Both the position numbers and the translations under genes were made by a program. Shown one piece after another: positions 59,837 through 64,000 of a stretch of DNA of 64,000 bases. Positions within the stretch are counted from its first letter, which is position 1. Every line of letters begins with the position of its first letter. Below the pieces are notes generated by a model. The model was not told the origin of the DNA and made no database searches. It saw nothing but the letters and a program-made list of their open reading frames with translations. This DNA is from Chthoniobacteraceae bacterium (lineage in GTDB: Bacteria > Verrucomicrobiota > Verrucomicrobiia > Chthoniobacterales > Chthoniobacteraceae): positions 1-64,000 of the forward strand of contig JANNWY010000307.1 of NCBI GenBank assembly GCA_031409335.1, written 5' to 3'.

Positions 59837-60676
59837 ATGCCGAATCCCGATTTCAAGCTTGTGGAAACTTCCGTGGACGGGCCGCGAACGAGGCTCTGGA
59901 AAGTCCACGTCGCGGATTACGCCGAGTTTGCCGTGTTCCGCCTCGCGCGACTCGGCATCGATGAAACCCACGCGCCTTACCGTCGCGTGCGGATTAGGCC
60001 CGAAGGGAGCTTCATCCTCGCGAGCCTCGCGGGTGAAGGACGCATCCTGCTCGAAGGCCGCTGGCAACCTGTGAAGGCCGGTGAAGTCGTGATGGCTCCG
60101 CCACGCGTGCTGAATGCGTTTTACACACCGCCCGGCAAGGCCTGGGACTTTGCGTGGCTGCGCTACGACGAGCCGAAATGGGTGCGCCCGCTGGTCGGCG
60201 TGACCTCGCCGCTCCGCGTGGCCACGGGCGCGGAAGACTTGGGGCGCATCCTGCTCGGCATGCGCGCCGAGTGGGCTCAGGCACGCGATCCGGCGGTCAT
60301 CCACCATTGGGTCAATCTCGCCCACGCCCATGCGCGCCGCCTTTCCAGCGCGTGGCGGGGGAATGAGCGTCTGTGGCGGCTCTGGGAGGAAGTGGGCACG
60401 CAGATCGCCGAGCCGTGGAAGCTGGATTCGCTGGCCGCAAAGTGCCACGTCAGCCCCGAGCACCTGCGCCGCATCTGCCATCACGAGCTGGGTCGCAGCC
60501 CCATGGAACACCTCACTTTCATCCGCATGCAGCACGCGCAGGAGCTCCTGGAAAGCACGGAAGAGAAGCTCGAAACTATCGCGAAAATGGTCGGCTACAG
60601 CAGCGCCGTGGTCTTCTCCCGCGCCTTCTTTCGCTGCATCGGCATGAAGCCTTCCGCGTATCGCATCCGGCGGTGA
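59837..60676 (+). CDS. AraC family transcriptional regulator
   Basis: Cupin N-terminus; WKLDSLAAKCHVSPEHLRR…GRSPMEHL…RMQHAQELL…IAKMVGYSS…FSRAF…GMKPSAYR. Confidence 0.93.
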   Translation: MPNPDFKLVETSVDGPRTRLWKVHVADYAEFAVFRLARLGIDETHAPYRRVRIRPEGSFILASLAGEGRILLEGRWQPVKAGEVVMAPPRVLNAFYTPPGKAWDFAWLRYDEPKWVRPLVGVTSPLRVATGAEDLGRILLGMRAEWAQARDPAVIHHWVNLAHAHARRLSSAWRGNERLWRLWEEVGTQIAEPWKLDSLAAKCHVSPEHLRRICHHELGRSPMEHLTFIRMQHAQELLESTEEKLETIAKMVGYSSAVVFSRAFFRCIGMKPSAYRIRR

Positions 60677-60680
60677 GGCG

Positions 60681-60710
60681 ATGTGGATTTTCGTCGGCTG
60701 TTGGTGGATA
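60681..60710 (+). promoter_or_regulatory. Putative AraC operator (GTGGAT direct repeat, 21-bp period)
   Basis: ATGTGGATTTTCGTCGGCTGTTGGTGGATA; near-identical copy at 61718-61744; half-site on the minus strand at 59763-59773. Confidence 0.65.
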
Positions 60711-60821
60711 CCGCAGCCTTTCGCATCCTGCAGATCGCGGTAGAAAAGGATGCGTCTCACTCCAGCGATCAGGCGCTCAATGCAGAACACCCTCCAAAAA
60801 AACAAACACCAACCCACTCGT

Positions 60822-61571
60822 ATGAAAACACCTCCAGTCATTTCCTCTTCACCGCATTACGCCATTCTCGGAACCCTCCTGAGCCTCGCCCTCTTCCCGG
60901 CTTCGGCAAAGGCGGCCACCGTTCTTTTCGCCGGCGTGATCAATGACAATGCCGGTTCCGAAATCGCGGAATGGAAGACAGCGTCCACGGCCAAGACCCT
61001 CGACGGCGACGGCGACAATGTTTACGGCACCCTCGCGCACCTTTTCTACGGGATCGAATACAAGGGAGGGGGCACGCTCTATTCGTTCGATGGTTCGGAC
61101 AGCCAGGTCGGACCCTTTGGAGGTTACGCGACGGTGGATCATCCGGCCGGGGACGGCACCACGCCGGGTGACGTCCAGGTGCGCACGACCTCGAACGGCG
61201 GTGGCGGCGGTATCGACGACGTCATGTTCACCTTCACCGCGCTGGCCGGATCGCCCGCCAATGTCCGCATCGGCGTCGCCACGGACGGACTCGATAATCT
61301 TGGATTTTCCTCGGCGAGCATCGGTCTCCGGCAGGTCGCAGGCTCGTCCGCCGAGCACACGATGACCTCGACCAACAACACGCTGGACATGGTCTTCTTC
61401 GATGTCAGCGGCATCGCGACGGGCGACCAGTTCGAGATCTTCGCGGATGCCGGTGCCTTCGGCTTTACCACGCACCAGTTCGTGACGTGGGATGCGGTCC
61501 CCGAACCGAGTTCCGCCGCTCTTCTGTGCATCGCCAGCCTCGCGACGTTGCTCCGCCGCCGGCGAAAATAA
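60822..61571 (+). CDS. PEP-CTERM sorting domain protein
   Basis: Signal peptide; C-terminal AVPEPSS-TM helix-RRRRK. Confidence 0.93.
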   Translation: MKTPPVISSSPHYAILGTLLSLALFPASAKAATVLFAGVINDNAGSEIAEWKTASTAKTLDGDGDNVYGTLAHLFYGIEYKGGGTLYSFDGSDSQVGPFGGYATVDHPAGDGTTPGDVQVRTTSNGGGGGIDDVMFTFTALAGSPANVRIGVATDGLDNLGFSSASIGLRQVAGSSAEHTMTSTNNTLDMVFFDVSGIATGDQFEIFADAGAFGFTTHQFVTWDAVPEPSSAALLCIASLATLLRRRRK

Positions 61572-61590
61572 GCGGTTGTCGCCTTTTTCA

Positions 61591-61632
61591 AAAGAGCCGG
61601 TCTGCCGCGAGGTGGGCCGGCTCTTTGTTTTT
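61591..61632 (+). terminator. Intrinsic terminator
   Basis: AAAGAGCCGG…CCGGCTCTTT followed by GTTTTT. Confidence 0.75.
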
Positions 61633-61717
61633 CTGAACTTCATTCGGGTCAGGATAGGCGCAGGGCCTCAAAATGACTGACGGTGCCATGCATCGCGGTC
61701 TTGAGCAGGCGCGGGCC

Positions 61718-61744
61718 ATGTGGATTTTCGTCGGTTGTTGGTGG
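61718..61744 (+). promoter_or_regulatory. Second copy of the putative AraC operator
   Basis: ATGTGGATTTTCGTCGGTTGTTGGTGG; 26 of 27 nt identical to 60681-60707. Confidence 0.65.
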
Positions 61745-61827
61745 GGACTCCGGCCTTCTCAAAACGAGATGTGAAGACTAGTTGTTGCTGAGCTTCAATC
61801 CCCCTCGCAACCCCACCATCAACTCCC

Positions 61828-64000
61828 ATGAAACACTCGATCCAAATCAAGACCGCAGTCTCCATCCTTTCCGTCAGTGCCAGTGCCCTGCTCGGCCTTA
61901 CTCCGAATGCGCAAGCAGCGGTGATTGCCGCCAGCCTCGATGCCGCCACCGGCTCGAACTGGCGCACCGCTTCGACGACGGAAGCCGATCTGCAATACGG
62001 GACCGATGGCTATGTCCTCTTTGGGGTCGATGAACCGACAGGCTCTTACTTTGGCAGCGGCTACAACGCCTCCATTACCAACCTAAACAACGACTACTTT
62101 CTCCCTTCGTATCTGACTCTCGCCGTGGCGGGAGACTTTGCACTTTGGTCTGGAAATGGGAATTGGGGACTCATTCAAGAACCGGACAACGGGAATGTGC
62201 TGACGCCAACGCCAGCGCTGCTTTGGGATGGTGCGGGCGGCGCGCATAGCATGACCTTCACGCGGGTCACCAACCAGGCTTTCCGCCTGACGATTCTCGT
62301 TGGTGTTTCCAGTGACGGCGGCTGGAACAGTTCTTACAACCTTTCCCTCAATGCCGGGGCGACGGGGTCGGCGGGAGCCATCACCGTCGGCGGACCGACT
62401 CCGCCGGGGATGATGTATCAGTCGTTTGATATCGACGCGGGGACCGATCCCATCGTCCTTTCGGTCACAGGCGGCTCGCGCCCGAATATCGCGGGGTTTG
62501 CCTTTGACGCGGTGCATCTTCCGCCAGTTCAGATCAGCAAAGCAAACAACGGCGACGCTCTGAACCTAGGTAGTAGCTGGGTGGGTGGAGTCGCGCCCGA
62601 TGAGGCCAAGGTGGCGCAGTGGGATGCCACGGCCGTTTCCGCAGCCAGTCGCAATGCGGCCATCGGCGCAAGCGCCACTTGGGATGGCATCAAAGTCCTT
62701 TCGCCCGGTGGCCCGGTGGTCATCGGAGCCACGCCTGGAGCGACCCTCACGTTGGATGGCGGCGCGGCGACGGACATCGACATGTCCACGGCGACACAAG
62801 ACCTCACCGTGAACGCCGCCGTGGCGCTCGGGAATGCTGCGCACATCTGGGACGTCGGCGCGGGGCGCAATCTTACGCTGGCTAGTCTATCCGGTGCCGG
62901 TGCTTCGACTTTAATCGCCAAACAAGGAAGCGGAATGGCTACGATTCAGGGTGGCACCTTTACTCTTCAAGGGCTCCGGATTGGAACCAACGGAGGCGAT
63001 GAAGGCAAGCTGGTCGTCGCGGGCGGATCGATTACGGCGGGCAATCAGGCGGCGCTGGTCGGTCATGGCGCTGGGTCGGTTGGAGAACTCGAGTTCAGCG
63101 GTGGAACGCATAGCTTTGGCGGCGATGGCTATGGCAATACGATCTGGGTCGGACGCAACGGCGGAAACGGCACGCTGCGCATTTCCGGCGGCACGGTCGC
63201 GGTCGGCGGCGCGGGTTTTCCCGACGCTTCGCTGAATGTCGGCGTGGCGAATGGTGAACCTGCTGCCCCGACGGGATCGCTGGTCGTCAGCGGCGGCACG
63301 TTGGAGATCGGTCGCCGCATCCTCGTGGGTAACAACAGCGGGGCCGCAACTGGCTCGCTGACGCTCAGTGGGAGCGGAGTCATCGACATGAAACGCACCG
63401 GATCGAATGTCGAAGGCGATCTCGGCATGTTGCGCCCCGGCGCTGGAACCGTGGCGATCAACTTGGATGGCGGGACGTTCATCCTGAGTGGAATCCGACT
63501 CACGGAGTCGTCCGCGGCACAAGCGAACATCAACTACAACGGCACGACCCTGAGAGCGAACATCAACAGCTCTGCGAATACGGGTGGCAACTTTTACAAC
63601 GCGCCCGGCGGCGCGAACCATCTCCTGACCAATGCCGGTCTCGTGCTCGACAGCAACGGTTTCACGATGCTGATGAATGCCAACTACGTCGATGCCCTTG
63701 GGGCGAACGGCAGGGTGACCAAAAACGGAGCGGGCCTCGCCGTTCTCTCCGGCCTCAACTCCTACACCGGGATTACCACGATCAATCAAGGCTCACTGGC
63801 CATGAGCGGCACCTATAGCGGCGGCATCGTCGTGAATTCTGGCGGCACACTCGTCCCGGGATTCAATGGCACCGATCCCCTAACCACTTCCACGCTCACG
63901 CTCGGAGCAGGCGGAGCCGTGGAGTTTGAATTCGGAGCGGGTAATGACACCATCACCATCACCGCACCGATCACGGGCCTCACGATTGGAGCGACGGCAC
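61828..64000 (+). CDS. Secreted protein with autotransporter-associated beta-strand repeats (3' end outside window)
   Basis: My own translation (absent from the ORF track because it has no stop in the window): MKHSIQIKTAVSILSVSASALLGLTPNAQA signal; GRVTKNGAGLAVLSGLNSYTGITTINQGSL repeat. Confidence 0.85.
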   Translation, partial: MKHSIQIKTAVSILSVSASALLGLTPNAQAAVIAASLDAATGSNWRTASTTEADLQYGTDGYVLFGVDEPTGSYFGSGYNASITNLNNDYFLPSYLTLAVAGDFALWSGNGNWGLIQEPDNGNVLTPTPALLWDGAGGAHSMTFTRVTNQAFRLTILVGVSSDGGWNSSYNLSLNAGATGSAGAITVGGPTPPGMMYQSFDIDAGTDPIVLSVTGGSRPNIAGFAFDAVHLPPVQISKANNGDALNLGSSWVGGVAPDEAKVAQWDATAVSAASRNAAIGASATWDGIKVLSPGGPVVIGATPGATLTLDGGAATDIDMSTATQDLTVNAAVALGNAAHIWDVGAGRNLTLASLSGAGASTLIAKQGSGMATIQGGTFTLQGLRIGTNGGDEGKLVVAGGSITAGNQAALVGHGAGSVGELEFSGGTHSFGGDGYGNTIWVGRNGGNGTLRISGGTVAVGGAGFPDASLNVGVANGEPAAPTGSLVVSGGTLEIGRRILVGNNSGAATGSLTLSGSGVIDMKRTGSNVEGDLGMLRPGAGTVAINLDGGTFILSGIRLTESSAAQANINYNGTTLRANINSSANTGGNFYNAPGGANHLLTNAGLVLDSNGFTMLMNANYVDALGANGRVTKNGAGLAVLSGLNSYTGITTINQGSLAMSGTYSGGIVVNSGGTLVPGFNGTDPLTTSTLTLGAGGAVEFEFGAGNDTITITAPITGLTIGATA

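Overview
High-GC bacterial window, most likely Verrucomicrobiota (Chthoniobacter-like). This is inferred from PEP-CTERM proteins, DUF1549/DUF1553 planctomycete-type cytochrome c proteins, a PVC-type heme-binding protein, a lamin-tail/CotH protein and heptamer repeats. Housekeeping genes: ltaE, leuS, rdgB, lolC/E-like, tRNA-Arg(CCG), rplA-rplJ-rplL (without rplK or rpoB), tsaB, pgeF-like. The main accessory region is about 17.5-32.7 kb. It begins with a TPR gene bracketed by a decayed duplicate of the 3' end of the upstream C39-peptidase gene. It then holds two FeeM-like N-acyl amino acid synthases, an outer-membrane beta-barrel translationally coupled to a multi-TM adenylate cyclase, a PaaK-like adenylating enzyme, an SMR exporter, a fatty-acid desaturase and a PEP-CTERM protein. 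Shared TGTAGG-N7-CCTACA boxes and several MITE/REP elements are interspersed. My best candidate for an undescribed system is that this region is a lipid-signal synthesis, export and sensing module; that is inference. A second candidate is an uncharacterised DUF3467 / GAF-HlyD / M50-HlyD export module with no ABC ATPase in view, next to a 1582-aa secreted protein. The right end has an AraC regulator with three copies of a probable operator upstream of its neighbours. Many short palindromic or heptamer repeats sit in-frame inside genes. All family calls are by eye from motifs; no database searches were run.
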